From: Octopus vulgaris
Taxonomy: Eukaryota
Assembly (NCBI GenBank): GCA_951406725.2
Contig: OX597827.1
Coordinates: 16,554,001-16,618,000 of the forward strand
DNA length: 64,000 nt
Reading direction: 5' to 3'
Numbering within the stretch: position 1 is the first letter of the stretch; each line of letters opens with the position of its first letter. This document shows, one piece after another, positions 41,498 to 57,290 of this stretch. The position numbers were made by a program, and so were the translations under genes. Under the pieces are notes generated by a model. It saw nothing but the letters and a program-made list of their open reading frames with translations. It was not told the origin of the DNA and did not search any database.

Positions 41498-42059
41498 AAT
41501 AGTAAAACAGTAATATGTAACTGAAGCGATATTGGTATTCTTACAGTCTGTCCAATCTTTTAGAAATAATTTCCTCATAATCCATTTCTGGTTGAGACTG
41601 GCAACCCTTCTTGCATCCCCGCTTTAGTTCCTATCCACCTGAAGGCCTGAATCTAGCAAGACAAAAGCGCACCTAAACTGAGTCGTCAGTTCAGCAACGT
41701 ACAACGCTGTCACTTGATAATATGAACTTTATCAAGACGACGATCTGCGAGCCGATGGATCTGTTATGCTTAGTGAGTATTCTCGATGCGACTTCAAACG
41801 TCTTCAGATGAATTCGAGACCGTGACAACAATACCGTTTGCGTTTGCCGACATAATCCACTTATGTCCCTGACCCTCTCTACACCTGTAGCTTTTGCAAT
41901 CAGAGAATTATGTACACTTGACGTATTGTACGTCGAAATTAAATGATATCGTTTACATATGAAAGGCAAAGATTACAAAAATATCTACATTCCACGTCTT
42001 TAGTGTTGTAATGCCGATTGAAACAATGGACAAATGTACATTGAAATCATCACCATGGC

Positions 42060-42472
42060 ATTATTATTATTATCATTGTCATTTACTTTTAATCTGCATG
42101 TTTGATGCAATCACTTGCCGGGGCACACCCAGCGCCCTAGGGCAAGTGAAGGTTAAGAGTTGTTGAAATATAGCTGAAAGCTTGGGGAGGGGAAGTAGAG
42201 AAACATCTCCATGTAATACAAACACAAACATTTACATTGATAGGGTTTTTCTAAGGATGTGGGCAGTACTTGTTAGCACAATCTTTTGGATTTCCTTGAG
42301 ACATGGTTTTCCAGGGATATTGTCTAGGTGTTTCTGACATCCCTTTTTTATCATACCTAGGGCACCTACAATAACAGGAACAGTTTTTGTTTTAAGATTC
42401 CACATCTTTTGTATTTCGATTTCCAGGTCCTTATATTTACTAAGTTTGTCAAATTCCTTTACAGATACATTT
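42060..42472 (-). mobile_element. R4/Dong-type non-LTR retrotransposon 3' fragment (REL endonuclease C-terminus)
   Basis: KEFDKLSKYKDLEIEIQKMWNLKTKTVPVIVGALG...IQKIVLTSTAHILRKTL; flanked by (TAT)/(CAT)n. Confidence 0.85.
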
Positions 42473-43125
<653 letters not shown>

Positions 43126-43157
43126 TAATTAATTAATTAATTAATTAATTATTATTA

Positions 43158-43204
<47 letters not shown>

Positions 43205-43224
43205 ATTTGTATGAAGCAAATGAG

Positions 43225-43261
<37 letters not shown>

Positions 43262-43306
43262 GTTATTATCATTATTATTTTTATTATTATTATTATAATT
43301 ATTATT

Positions 43307-43404
<98 letters not shown>

Positions 43405-43735
43405 CATTTGTATGAAGCAGATGAAGAAGGACAGTGTAAGTCTCATAAAGCAACCATTAAAAGGGAAAGCGCGAAACAAGTACAATTGATTACGAAAACG
43501 CAATAAAGATGTACGGTCAATAAATAACAGATTCTGAAGCTATGCATACATGCATACGTATATACAAATATACATACATGCATATACATATATACATACA
43601 TTCATTCATATATGCATGCACGCAAACACACAGTTTTCATACATTTATTCATGAATATATACAGACACATGCATACAAAAATATACTGATATACTTATAA
43701 GTATATACATATACATATATATATATATATAAATA

Positions 43736-43787
<52 letters not shown>

Positions 43788-43879
43788 CACATATATATAT
43801 ACAAAATTACATGTAGGTACATATGTATATTTTATATAATATAGATTGGTGCATATGCATATATATACACACACATTTT

Positions 43880-43880
43880 G

Positions 43881-43931
<51 letters not shown>

Positions 43932-44012
43932 TTATCTATCTATCAATCTATCTATCTATCTATCTATGTATCTATGTATCTATCTATCTATCTATCTATC
44001 TATGTATCTATG

Positions 44013-44083
<71 letters not shown>

Positions 44084-44108
44084 GTATCTATGTATCTATG
44101 TATCTATG

Positions 44109-44162
<54 letters not shown>

Positions 44163-44163
44163 C

Positions 44164-44262
<99 letters not shown>

Positions 44263-44270
44263 CCTACCTG

Positions 44271-44358
<88 letters not shown>

Positions 44359-44400
44359 CCTACCTGTCTATCTATCTATCTATCTATCTATGTATCTATG

Positions 44401-44474
<74 letters not shown>

Positions 44475-44482
44475 CCTACCTG

Positions 44483-44559
<77 letters not shown>

Positions 44560-44585
44560 TTATCTATCTATCTATCTGTCTATCT
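43880..44585. repeat. (TATC)n microsatellite
   Basis: Direct observation. Confidence 0.95.
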
Positions 44586-44888
44586 TTCTATATACTTGTG
44601 TACGTGTGCGTGTATTTCGGAGTTGCATTATCAGGGTTAGGTAAGTGTCATGAACTGAGATTGTGCGTTGAATCTAAAGTAGTTTTATAGAAAGATACAC
44701 AAAGCTCTTAACGCTCGTTTTATTTCGTGAGCAGACAAAATATTTTCTGCACCGCTGCGACCTTGTCTCTGGTATAGCTTCAATGGTCTAGGAGTTGGAC
44801 AGGACGAAGTGGTGTGTCCTTGAGGGAGGAAGTTCATTTCATGTCACCCCAATCTACTTACACCTAAAATCTTTCTCATAGTCGACGT

Positions 44889-44963
<75 letters not shown>

Positions 44964-45407
44964 ATGATATTAGGGAATAAATCCAAACTTACAGGGAAAA
45001 ATTAGATTTAGGATTAAATCCAATTTTATAGTATAAATATATTATATTATATTAAATTAGAGATAAAACCACTATTAGGCAAATCAAACAGTGAAAAACA
45101 TAAGCCAATACATAAAATTAATTAAAAAATATAAAAGTAAAAATAAAAAATTATTTAAATAATTAAACTTTTAAATTTTATATATATATACAAATAAATA
45201 TATATATATGTATGTATGAAATTTTTTTATATTTATATATTATTTTATTTATTAATTTATTAATTTATTTATTTTTATTTTTTTAAATATCAAAAGTATT
45301 AAAAGTTTAATAAAAGATAAAGAGTAATATATATATATATATATATATATACAGACACATGTGTGTGTGTGTGTGCGAGTGTATATAAATATATATATAT
45401 ATATATA

Positions 45408-45812
45408 GTGGAGAAATTGTACAAAATGTATAAATGGATGATGAGTAAAGCACCGGCACAGTTTCGATGTATTGCAGGAACTTCGAAGTGGCGGTTGGCG
45501 TAACAGTATTAATAAAATAGGAGATGGAATGTGTAATAGACTTTACTGGGTACAACATATATTTCGACCCGTTCTGGGTCTCTTCAGGTACATCAATAAA
45601 AAGTCTCTCTAGAGATTTTTTGAGTCGGCTTACGTACCGCTATATGTCCATCAAATTCGAGAATGAATAAAATCAGAGAAAAATTGAAACGCAAAAAATT
45701 CAAATATGAACGTGGTACGTATACGTTCCAGTTTAGAGAAAACGACGTAATCAGCTTTCACTATTGTAACTGTTAAGAGAAAGAAAAGTAAGTAGAAGTT
45801 GAACACAGGATA
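45408..45812 (-). mobile_element. PLE-like 3' relic with hammerhead
   Basis: Bounded by (TA)n and contains the HHR at 45550-45591. Confidence 0.5.
45550..45591 (-). ncRNA. Type I hammerhead motif
   Basis: guac CUGAAGA gaccc-agaac-ggguc GAAA uauaug UU guac; perfect 5-bp stem II. Confidence 0.75.
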
Positions 45813-45824
45813 ATATATATATAT

Positions 45825-46240
45825 TTTTTTTACTACCCACAAGGGGCAAAAACACAGAGGGGGCAAACAAGGACAGACATAGGTATTAAGTCGATTATAT
45901 CGACCCCAGTGCGTAACTGGTACTTAATTTATCGACCCCGAAAGGATGAAAGGCAAAGTCGACCTCAGCGGAATTTGAACTCGGAACGTAACGACAGACG
46001 AAATACCTATTTCTTTATTACCCACAAGGGGCTAAACACAGAGGAGACAAAGAAGGACAGACATAGGTATTAAGCCGATTACATCGACCCCAGTGCGTAA
46101 CTGGTACTTAATTTATCGATCCCGAAAGGATGAAAGGCAAAGTCGACCTCAGCAGAATTTGAACTCGGAACGTAACGACAGACGAAATACGGCTACGCAT
46201 TTCGCCCGGCGTGCTAACGTTTCTGTCAGCTCGCCGCCCT
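45825..46240 (-). mobile_element. SINE S2, tandem form
   Basis: Same junction cgaaatacctatttctt at ~45999-46015. Confidence 0.8.
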
Positions 46241-46576
46241 CAAACATAATATATACGGAGCAAAAATTCAGGAGACAACATTTGCGAAGATATCATTGGC
46301 TCTATTATTATCTAGTGTAACAATTTAAAAATGGTTATAACAGAATCAATAATATAGGCGATTGCAGTCCCCACCCCCCGCCAAAGCATTAAATAACTGA
46401 AAGCTTTCAACATGGGTAAATTATAAAGGGATGATTTGAAGTAGTTAGACGGATTTAGCGTCTATCTTCAGCACATAGGCACGGAAGCCTCTGTACCCTT
46501 AATCATAATTGTACTTTTTACTATTACAACTCACTCTCTCTCCATCCCTCTCCCCCTCTCTCTCTATATATATATA

Positions 46577-47063
<487 letters not shown>

Positions 47064-47101
47064 TATATATATACATATATATATATATATACACACATAT
47101 A

Positions 47102-47140
<39 letters not shown>

Positions 47141-47225
47141 GTAAGCTACAGTAACTCAAGGTCCGAGAATTTCGTACATATTTTATTTAAACGATTTCTT
47201 CAACAAAGGAACCTTGCATCACAAG

Positions 47226-47306
47226 GCTCTGATGAAGCTCAAAGTTGTCATACACTCACTCACATCAGTGTGCATAGTTCTGCCATTGCGGAAACAGCTG
47301 TAAAGC
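47226..47306 (+). ncRNA. Hammerhead-like motif (weak stem I)
   Basis: gcu CUGAUGA [long insert] GAAA cagcug UA aagc; palindromic ACAGCUGU. Confidence 0.5.
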
Positions 47307-47740
47307 AATGAATGTGTTAACATAAGTACTGTTTGTTTGTAATTCTCTTCTTAACGCACTCACAAAGACACAAACGTACTTGCACGTACGCACACACTAC
47401 ACACTGTCGATCTCACACGTGCATGTATGAAATGCAATTTTTCTTGTAAAGAATAGAATAAGTAACAATTATGATATGTCGGGTTTCGTTTTTATTTGGG
47501 AAGGAGGAGTTTGCAGTGGTGTCATTGGCATCAGGTTGTTTAATTAAATGAGAGTTAATGTGTTCGTGGGTGGTCAATTGTCTTGATTTAATGACATTGT
47601 GGGGCACGGAGATGAATATTGTATTGAGGACAGAGAAGACGCTACGTCGTTAAGAAATAATTGATTAAACATAGGAACAAATATATTTATGTATATATAT
47701 ATATATGTATATATATATGTATATGTATATATATATGTTT

Positions 47741-47804
<64 letters not shown>

Positions 47805-47830
47805 TTATTTATTTATATATATATATGTAT

Positions 47831-47914
<84 letters not shown>

Positions 47915-48832
47915 CTAACTAGAATCGTTAAATAATACGTAATGGATATATCTTCTGTTAATTAGTTTTCAAGGACGCGTGTGTTGTTACTGGTTCACGG
48001 GTATTTTTGGGGTGTGTGGGTATGTGTGATTGCTTTTCAGAGTGTGTGACTGTATACATGACTGTGTATGTCTGACTCTGCTTCTGTGTGTTTGTGTGTG
48101 TATATGTGAGAAAGAAATTCTGTGATTGCTTTCGTAGTGGTTTATTGGTGTTTGTTTGGTAGTGTGCGGTTAGGTAGGGATGAGGGTACGACGTTTCTTG
48201 TTTGTATAGACATGAAATTTGTGTGTGTGTATGTGTGTGTGAGCGTGGGTTTATGAGCGTATGTGAGTGTGGGTTTATTAGGCATATATACATATACAAA
48301 TATATAAAACCATATACAAATATAAACATATGCATACATATACCGTTATATTTTGGCACACACACATACATATAGGTATGTACGTATTGCTCACATCATA
48401 AGAATTTGGCAATCTTCCACTTTTCTGTGTACCGAGAGAGGCAGGGTTAATTTTTTTGAGGATATAGACGTCGTCATCTCTGTGAAGGTCGCTGTTTGTG
48501 AAGGGGAATTTTATATTTGTTAGTGTATGAATAGGCCAATCAGGTCGGATATTTTCCTTACACATAGTCGGGAGATTTTATAATGAATCACAGTTTAAAG
48601 ACTCGAAATGAAACTTGCAGTGACTCCTTTACGTTGAACTTTACAGTTCCAGAAATAAATATCATTCTATCCTCAGTATTGAGTTTATATTTTCCACTAT
48701 TTATGTACGTATGTATGTATGCATATATGTATGTACATATGCACGTACGTATGTGTATACGCGTATATATATATATATATACATAAATACATATATATAT
48801 ATTCATATATATATATACAAATATATATATAC

Positions 48833-48917
<85 letters not shown>

Positions 48918-49055
48918 TATACATATGCATACATATATAGACACGTATGTTAATTCAGAGCAGATAATGCTGTTGATCCAGAACACAATTATACGCATAC
49001 GTATTTATGCATGTGTGTATAATACATACATACATACATACATACATACATACAT

Positions 49056-49092
<37 letters not shown>

Positions 49093-49516
49093 TACACACA
49101 CACACACACACATATATATATGTGCGCATTTGTGCATTTGATTTTTACACACACATAATTATACTTATTTATACTCTCATAAACACACGGTTGTATAATA
49201 TTTCATATATGTATACATCTGGTGTGGTTTTGCTATTTCCTCCTGTACAATATATTTTATATCTTTAATCTTTTCATTTCACCTTTGTCCCCATACATAT
49301 CATCCTATATTCTAAGCTTAGACTTGCATGTATTATGCATACATATATCTCCATACAAACATAACTTACTACACAACCACATACAAACATGCATGCATAC
49401 AAAGATTTATTTCTATATGCATACTTGCATATCTCCGTATACACAATATAATATGCATATATATTTTCATATATACACACGCACCCACACGCACACATAT
49501 ACACATACACGTATTT

Positions 49517-49902
<386 letters not shown>

Positions 49903-50637
49903 TTTTCGTAAACTCTCCCTATATATATATGTATATATATCATGTGTGTAACTATACATATAGCCTTTCATATCCACATGCACACACATATATTCATGCC
50001 TGCACACTGCCCCTCCCCTCACCGCCTTCTCCAACGAATTTATCTCTTCTAGCCACCAGTATATGGATGTCAGCAGCGCAAATAAATAATCGATGGTTTT
50101 GTTTGACTAAAGAAAGACAAAGGATAAATACATTAAAATGCAAAAAAAAAAAAAAAAAACGATAACAAAAAAAAACCAGAAGGGGGAAAAATCGATTTAG
50201 TATTTGCTATGCTGTAAATGACAAACGAAGAGGCATAGAAAAAAAACAACAAAAGAAACGAAAAAGTAGCGTAAAAGCACGAACGTTTGTTTCAAATTCG
50301 TCCATGTTTATAAATTTACTATATATCGGTATTACAAAATGAGTATGAATGAATTATGTATCACGAGTTTGCGTTTTCTTCTATTTCAAAATATACATTT
50401 CCAAGTGACCTCTTATAGGACAAGTGGTCGTTACCGTTACTGTTATTGTCGTTATTCCCATTGTTGTTGCTACCATTGTTGCTGTTATTACCGCTGATGT
50501 AGTTATCGCCATCGTTTTTGCTGTTTTTGTCTATTAACTCCTTATCAACACCATTCGAATACTGATTAAAAGAACACCAGCGGTGGCCATGAACGTCCGT
50601 TTAAGGAATTTTCTACAGCTACTTCATCCAATGTATC

Positions 50638-51124
50638 TTTGCTTATCTTATATTGAGATGGTTAGAGAATCTGGTTTAGGAGAGATTTTAGCACTTGTTC
50701 ACGTCATGTTGAGGGACCACATAGAGGCTTTGTCGTTGGCTTGTGCGGACCTTATGCGTTCCTAAAGTTATCATAAATGTACCCAGCAAAATTCGGTTTT
50801 GCTTATCTTATATTGAGATGGTTAGAGAATCTGGTTTAGGAGAGATTTTGGCACTGGTTCACGTCATGCTGAGGGACCACATAGAGGCTTTGTCGTTGGC
50901 TTGTGCGAACCTTATGCATTCCTAAAGTTACCATAAATGTACCCAGCAAAATTCGGTTTTGCTTATCTTATATTGAGATGGTTAGAGAATCTGGTTTAGG
51001 AGAGATTTTGGCACTTGTTCACGTCATATTGAGGGACCACATAGAGGCTTTGTCGTTGGCTTGTGCGAACCTTATGCGTTCCTAAAGTTACCATAAATGT
51101 ACCCAGAAAAATTCGGTTTTGCTT
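50638..51124. repeat. 160-bp tandem repeat, three copies
   Basis: gcttatcttatattgagatgg recurs at 50641, 50801 and 50961. Confidence 0.95.
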
Positions 51125-52496
51125 TTTCGTTCAACACCACGAAATTTTCAAAATTTCTTCAGAATAAAAGAGACAGTTTTTCCCGACTAAAACCTTTGAA
51201 AGCGGTGCTCCTGCATGGCTGCCGTATAATAACTGAAACAAATAAGCGATAAAAGATTAAGTGGCTGGAGATAGATGAGGTAGGTATAAATTAGGTGAAT
51301 GATAGAACCGGTAGAGCGTCAGGCAATCTACTTTGTGTTTCTTTTTCTTGTACCTTTTTATGACTGATTTCAATTTCCGCACTGGTCTACTTTGTCTTTG
51401 AAGTTAATAAAATAAATATTAGTCAAATTGTAATCGACTACATTCTAGAATGAAGTGACTCTACTATAGCTGCAGTTCCATGTCGAAAATCAGTAAAATA
51501 ACGATAATGACAAGTTTAACTAATAGAGTATCGAAATATTACTATCTGGGATGGTTCCATCTACGATGTCTGGTTTGGCGCGAGAGGGAAGAAGGAAGGA
51601 AAGATGGATGGATAGACAGTCGCGTATAATCATATTTAATACATTCTTGTACATTCAGTGGTAGGAGGACCTTTCAATGCGGAAATGGTCCTGGGAGAAA
51701 ACTCCCTTCTCAAACTATATTTGTAAAAACCCTTTCGGTTAGGAATGATACGGTCGGATAGTATTTCACTGCGTCACTGCGCGTCGTTATCTACTAATAG
51801 CGAAGTCGTCTTTGACAACACTATAAGAACGATAGTTCCCATAATAATGATATAAGAACAACAAATAGCGTATTTCCTGGTACTAACAATCATGAGGTAA
51901 TGAGTTCGATTCCCGGACTGGGCTCTGTGTTGTGTTCTTGAGCAAGATTTTTTTTTATTTCACGTTGCTCCAGTTCACTCAGCTGTAGAAATAAAGTTGC
52001 GACGTCACTGATGATAAGCTGTATCGGCCCTTTTGCCTTTCCCTTGGATAACACTGGTGGCGTGGAGAGGGGAGACCGGTACGCATGGGCGACTGCTGGT
52101 CTTCCATAAACAACCTTGCCCGGACCTGTGCTTGGGAGGGTAACTTTCTAGGTGCAATCCCATGGTCATTCATGATCGAAGCGGGGTCTTAAAAGCTTGG
52201 TCGCATTCCTGCATACCTGTTCAACATATTAGTTAAGTTACTTTTTACTTACTCTTCAACATAATAAGGATCACAAGAGAGTGAAGGAGCTTCAAAACGG
52301 ACAGAATCTTTGTCTATTCAATTTGGCTGGTAAAAAAACCCTTTAAAGTACAATCTATTCCTTTTAAAATTGGGTGCACTTGAAGCAGTGAGACAAATTT
52401 TAACGTTGAAGTTTCATTGAGATCGTAAATATCACAGGTGCTCTAAAAACTGGACACATATATGTAATACATAGATAAATAGAAAAATAGGAAGGA

Positions 52497-53012
52497 CTTC
52501 CTTATGATTTCCGTTTATTAGATTCTCTCACAAGGCTTTCCGAGACTTTAGTAGACGACACTTGCCTAAGGTGCCGCGCTGTGGGACTGAACTCAAATCC
52601 ATGTACTTGTGAAGCTTGATCACGTGTGGATAAAAAACCCAACAAAAACCAAAACCAAAAGCAATGATACCACCAACAGAAAACTCCAGATAGGATGGTC
52701 ACGAATGGAAAACCTTTCATCATAGATCACTCAGAGATGACTCGGTCTTCCTTATGATTTCCGTTTATTAGATTCTCTCACCAGGTTTACAAGTCATTGG
52801 CCTTTTCGAGATTTTAGTAGAGGACACTTGCCTAAGGTGCCGTGCTGTGGGACTGAACTCAAATCCATGTACTTGTGAAGCTTGATCACGTGTGGATAAA
52901 AAACCCAACAAAAACCAAAACCAAAAGCAATGATACCACCAACAGAAAACTCCAGATGGGATGGTCACGAATGGAAAACATTTCATCATAGATCACTCAG
53001 TGATGACTCGGG
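52497..53012. repeat. Tandem duplication (~250 and ~266 bp)
   Basis: cttccttatgatttccgttt at 52497 and 52747; includes an S1 fragment. Confidence 0.9.
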
Positions 53013-53416
53013 GTTAAACAACAACAAGCGTAATTCAGTCTAAGGTCTCACAAATCAACCACTGATAAGGCAACTGTCTTTGCGCAGACGGACATATATG
53101 ACTTCGTTGAAGCGTTAGTTAATGTATGATTGTCTACTTCTCTGTTTTTGTTCTTTTTTCTTCCGCTTCTCTGCTATTTTCATTTGCTTTCTCCTCCTTC
53201 TGTCTCCACGTCTTCTTTGACGCACAATTTACGTCAATTCCTTCTTCTCTTCCTCCTCTTCGTCGGACTCCCTCCATTCACATTATACGATTCAACGATA
53301 TTCTTCTTTATACGTCGGATTTACAACAGAGGAACGAATCTACTATAATCGCTTTTGGAGCGGAATGGGGAAAAAAACCCCCCAAAAACAAAAAAAAACA
53401 CAAAGAAGACAAAAAA

Positions 53417-53508
<92 letters not shown>

Positions 53509-54384
53509 CTTCAAGACTGAATAATGGAATAAGTAATTAATAATGCTTTATAAAGATAGAAAGAAATGAAGAGAAAAATAATGTACAAAAATGAAACCAA
53601 AACAAAACAAAAAAAAACAAAAAAAAAAATCGAACCAACCTAGAAACAAACGATATGACCAGAAAAAAATCAAAAACAAAAACAAAGCAATATGAATAAA
53701 TTATTAATACTAGCAAGAACATTGTTCTAATACTGTAGACAAGTCTAGAAAAACTGATGGCGTACCGAGTTATACATGTGGTGAAGGTGGACGCATCGGT
53801 CGATGATAAAAAAGACGTTTTGATAAACGACATGTTGTCAACGTTGCTAATCGTAACTGATTATTGCGTATTGCTGCTGTGATATTTATACGAAATCGTG
53901 TCATATATGTAATGTATTTTTTTAATGACTGATTTCAAATTCCGTACTGGTCTACTTTGTCTTTAAAGTTAATAAAATAAATATTGGTCTAATTGTAATC
54001 GACTACATTCTAGAATGAAGTGACTCTACTATGGCTGCAGTTCCATGTCGAAAATCAGTAAAATAACGATAATGACAAGCTTAACTAATAGAGTATCGAA
54101 ATATTACTATCTGGGATGGTTCCATCTACGATGTCTGGTTTGGCGCGAGAGGAAAGAAGGAAGGAAAGATGGATGGATAGACAGTCGCGTATAATCATAT
54201 TTAATACATTCTTGTACATTCAGTGGTAGGAGGACCTTTCAATGCGGAAATGGTCCTGGGAGAAAACTCCCTTCTCAAACTATATTTGTAAAAACCCTTT
54301 CGGTTAGGAATGATACCGTCGGATAGTATTTCACTATCGGTTGCGACGATGAGGGTCCATTATTCAGTCTTGAAGTTTCTGTGT

Positions 54385-54424
<40 letters not shown>

Positions 54425-54539
54425 GTGTGTGAGTGTGTGTGTGTGTGTTTTGTTTTCTTTGTGTTTTTTGTTTTTTGGGGTTTTTTCCCCATTCCGCTCC
54501 AAAAGCGATTATAGTAGATTCATTCCTCTGTTGTAAACA

Positions 54540-54898
54540 GCTGATACGATCAACGGAACAGCTTGCTCGTGATATTAACGTGCAAGTGGCTGAGCATTCC
54601 CCAGACACGTGTACCCTTAACGTAGTTCTCGGGGGGTGGGGGGGAGATTCAGCGTGACACACAGGATGTGACAAGGCTGGCCCCTTGAAATACAGGTACA
54701 AGAGAAACAGGAAGAAAGAGTGAGAGAAAGTTGTGGTGAAAGAGTACAGCAGGGTTCACCACCACCCCCTGCCGGAGCCTTGTGGAGCTTTAGGTGTTTT
54801 CGCTCAATAAACACTCACAATGCCCGGTCTGGGGAATCGAAACCGCGATCCTCCGACCGCGAGTCCGCTGCCCTAACCACTGGGCCATTGCGCCTCCA
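54540..54898 (-). mobile_element. SINE S3, tail type b (3' clipped)
   Basis: Homologous to 34012-34402. Confidence 0.75.
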
Positions 54899-55064
54899 TA
54901 TATGTAATGTAATGTATGTATGTTCTTCGCTTTCTCTTTAATCTAGAGTAAATTTCGACCGGGCACCTGTCTGTTAGAAAAAATTGTGAAGGAAAGCATC
55001 TTGTTCAGTTCATCCTCCTCTAAATCTTCAGAAAGCCTTGCAGACTTATATAGTCCCAGATACC

Positions 55065-55303
55065 TATTTCTTTACTGCCCACAAGGGGGCTAAACACAGA
55101 GGGGACAAACAAGGAAAGACAAACGGATTAAGTCTATTACATCGACCCCCCCCCCAGTGCGTAACTGGTACTTAATTTATCGACCCCGAAAGGATGAAAG
55201 GCAAAGTCGACCTCGGCGGAATTTGAACTCAGAACGTAACGGCAGACGAAATACGGCTACGCATTTCGCCCGGCGTGCTAACGTTTCTGCCAGCTCACCA
55301 CCT
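55065..55303 (-). mobile_element. SINE S2 with ~16-bp TSD
   Basis: TSD tatagtcccagatacc at 55049-55064 and 55304-55319. Confidence 0.85.
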
Positions 55304-55469
55304 TATAGTCCCAGATACCGTGATCAGTTGTAGTGTGTGTGTGTGTATGTGCGTGTGCATGTGTGTGTGTGTGTGTGTGTGTGTGTGATGATGGTGGTGG
55401 TGGTGAGTGAGCGTGTGTGTATGTGTGTATGTATGTATGTATGTATGTATGCATGTATGCATGTATGTC

Positions 55470-55790
55470 ATCTTCGTAGTCATAAAACTAGACAGATGAG
55501 TGACAAACTGGCCACTGGTGGTGGTGTAACACACCATACTAATCATATCTGTCGGGCATGTGGAAGAGAGTGTAATTCGGCAGGAGGACTTAAACGACGT
55601 GCAAAGGTACATGAAGCCCAGTTATAACTACAGCCGGCTATTACCAGTAAAGGTTTTAGTTGCCAATTTTGTACAAAACATTGTAGATCTTTAGCTGGGC
55701 TAAAAAGTCACATTCGATCACAGCACCAGTAACAGTTAAGCTTCGTACAATGGCCATACTCGATAACGAGGGGGCAGCCATAATAATAGT
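55470..55790 (+). mobile_element. RTE-like LINE 3' fragment with terminal C2H2-like fingers
   Basis: HICRACGRECNSAGGLKRR..VH and FSCQFCTKHCRSLAGLKSHIRSQH, short UTR ending gcagccat; shorter copy at 27060-27169; (GTAT)n flanks. Confidence 0.6.
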
Positions 55791-55832
55791 ATAATGTATG
55801 TATGTATGTATGTATGTATGTATGTATGTATG

Positions 55833-55863
<31 letters not shown>

Positions 55864-55894
55864 TGTATGTATGTTTGTATGCATGTATGTATGT

Positions 55895-56060
55895 AAAGTT
55901 AATCCAAAGAAGAAAGCACAAAAAAAAACACAACAACGCGAGGACGTGGAACAAATATAGTATTATTGGACGCTCAGGAAAGAAGGAAAGAAGGAGGGTT
56001 TAACGTTTCGAGTGGAGCTCTTCGTCGGAAACATTGAAGGAAAGATCCAGAGAAGGGAAT
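55895..56060 (-). mobile_element. PLE pLTR-like relic related to family A
   Basis: Minus strand gttt CCGACGA agagctccactc GAAA cg TT aaac at 55998-56032; shares the cctgagcg...aatac segment with family A. Confidence 0.5.
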
Positions 56061-56229
56061 GTATGTATGTATGTATGTATGTATGTATGTATGTATGTAT
56101 GTATGTATGTATATATGTATGCATGTATGTATTTATGTATGTATGTATGTATGTATGTTTGTATGTATGTATGTATGCATGCATGTATGTATGTATGTAT
56201 GTATGTATGTATGTATGTATGTATGTATG

Positions 56230-56263
<34 letters not shown>

Positions 56264-56341
56264 TGTATGTATTTATGTATGTATGTATGTATGTATGTAT
56301 TTATGTATGTATGTATTTATGTATGTATGTATGTATGTATG

Positions 56342-56375
<34 letters not shown>

Positions 56376-56660
56376 TGTATGTATGTATGTATGTATGTAT
56401 GTATGTATGTATGTATGTATGTATGTATGTATGTATGTATTTATGTATGTATGTATGTATGTATGTATTTATGTATGTATGTATGTATGTATGTATGTAT
56501 GTATGTATGTACGTATGTATGTATGTATGTATGTATTTATGTATGTATGTATGTATGTATGTATGTATGTATGTATGTATGTATGTATGTATGTATGTAT
56601 GTATGTATGTATGTATGTATGTATGTATGTATGTATGTAGGTATGTATGCATGTATGTAT
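56059..56660. repeat. (GTAT)n microsatellite
   Basis: Direct observation. Confidence 0.95.
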
Positions 56661-57258
56661 GGTAACAAATGTTATTCGAAGGAACATTCAATATATTTCT
56701 TTAGAGCATTGGTTCTTCACCATTTTTTCCTATGGAACTCTTTGATAACTATTTTATTCTGGTGGTCCTCCAGGGTCATTTGATGTTTAAAAACTAGTTT
56801 TATAGAAGCTTCTTTCAAAATTCCTATTTTGCTTTTCATACATTTGCTTGTGTAGGGTGAACCATGTAAAATGTCAGAGAAACAAAATTTGATGTTTCTT
56901 GCAATACATAATAACACATACATCAGAAGTAAATTATTTTTCAGGGGCCCTTAGAAGAATAATATTGTGGATTCTCAATTTATCATTTTGTTGCATGGAC
57001 CCTCAAAAATCTTATATGGACCCCAGATAAGAACCACTGCTCTAGAGGATTGTATTTATTTTACTTTAACAAGGAAAAGGTTGAAAGTAACTCCGAAGTT
57101 TCGTTTAACTAACTGTCTGACGAAGGTGCTTAATCCACCAAACGAAAACTTTAGAAAATAACTATAAAGTTTTTCTTTCAAAAATATTCTTCTTATAGTA
57201 CACACGTACATACATACATACATAGATACATACATAGATACATAGATACATAGATACA

Positions 57259-57290
<32 letters not shown>

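Noticed and set aside
46400-46474. Minus-strand CUGAAGA followed by a hairpin
   Set aside because: GAAA does not follow the hairpin and no stem I forms
47935-48690. Possible PLE 3' relic between (TA)n tracts (95-aa ORF at 48278-48565)
   Set aside because: No clear GIY-YIG motif or foldable hammerhead found by eye
50638-51124. CRISPR-like array (also considered for 17021-17990)
   Set aside because: Whole units repeat with no unique spacers, no cas genes, eukaryotic context
55500-55730. C2H2 zinc-finger host gene exon
   Set aside because: Internal stop, no TGEKP linkers, followed by a short UTR that recurs at 27060; fits the C-terminus of an RTE-like LINE
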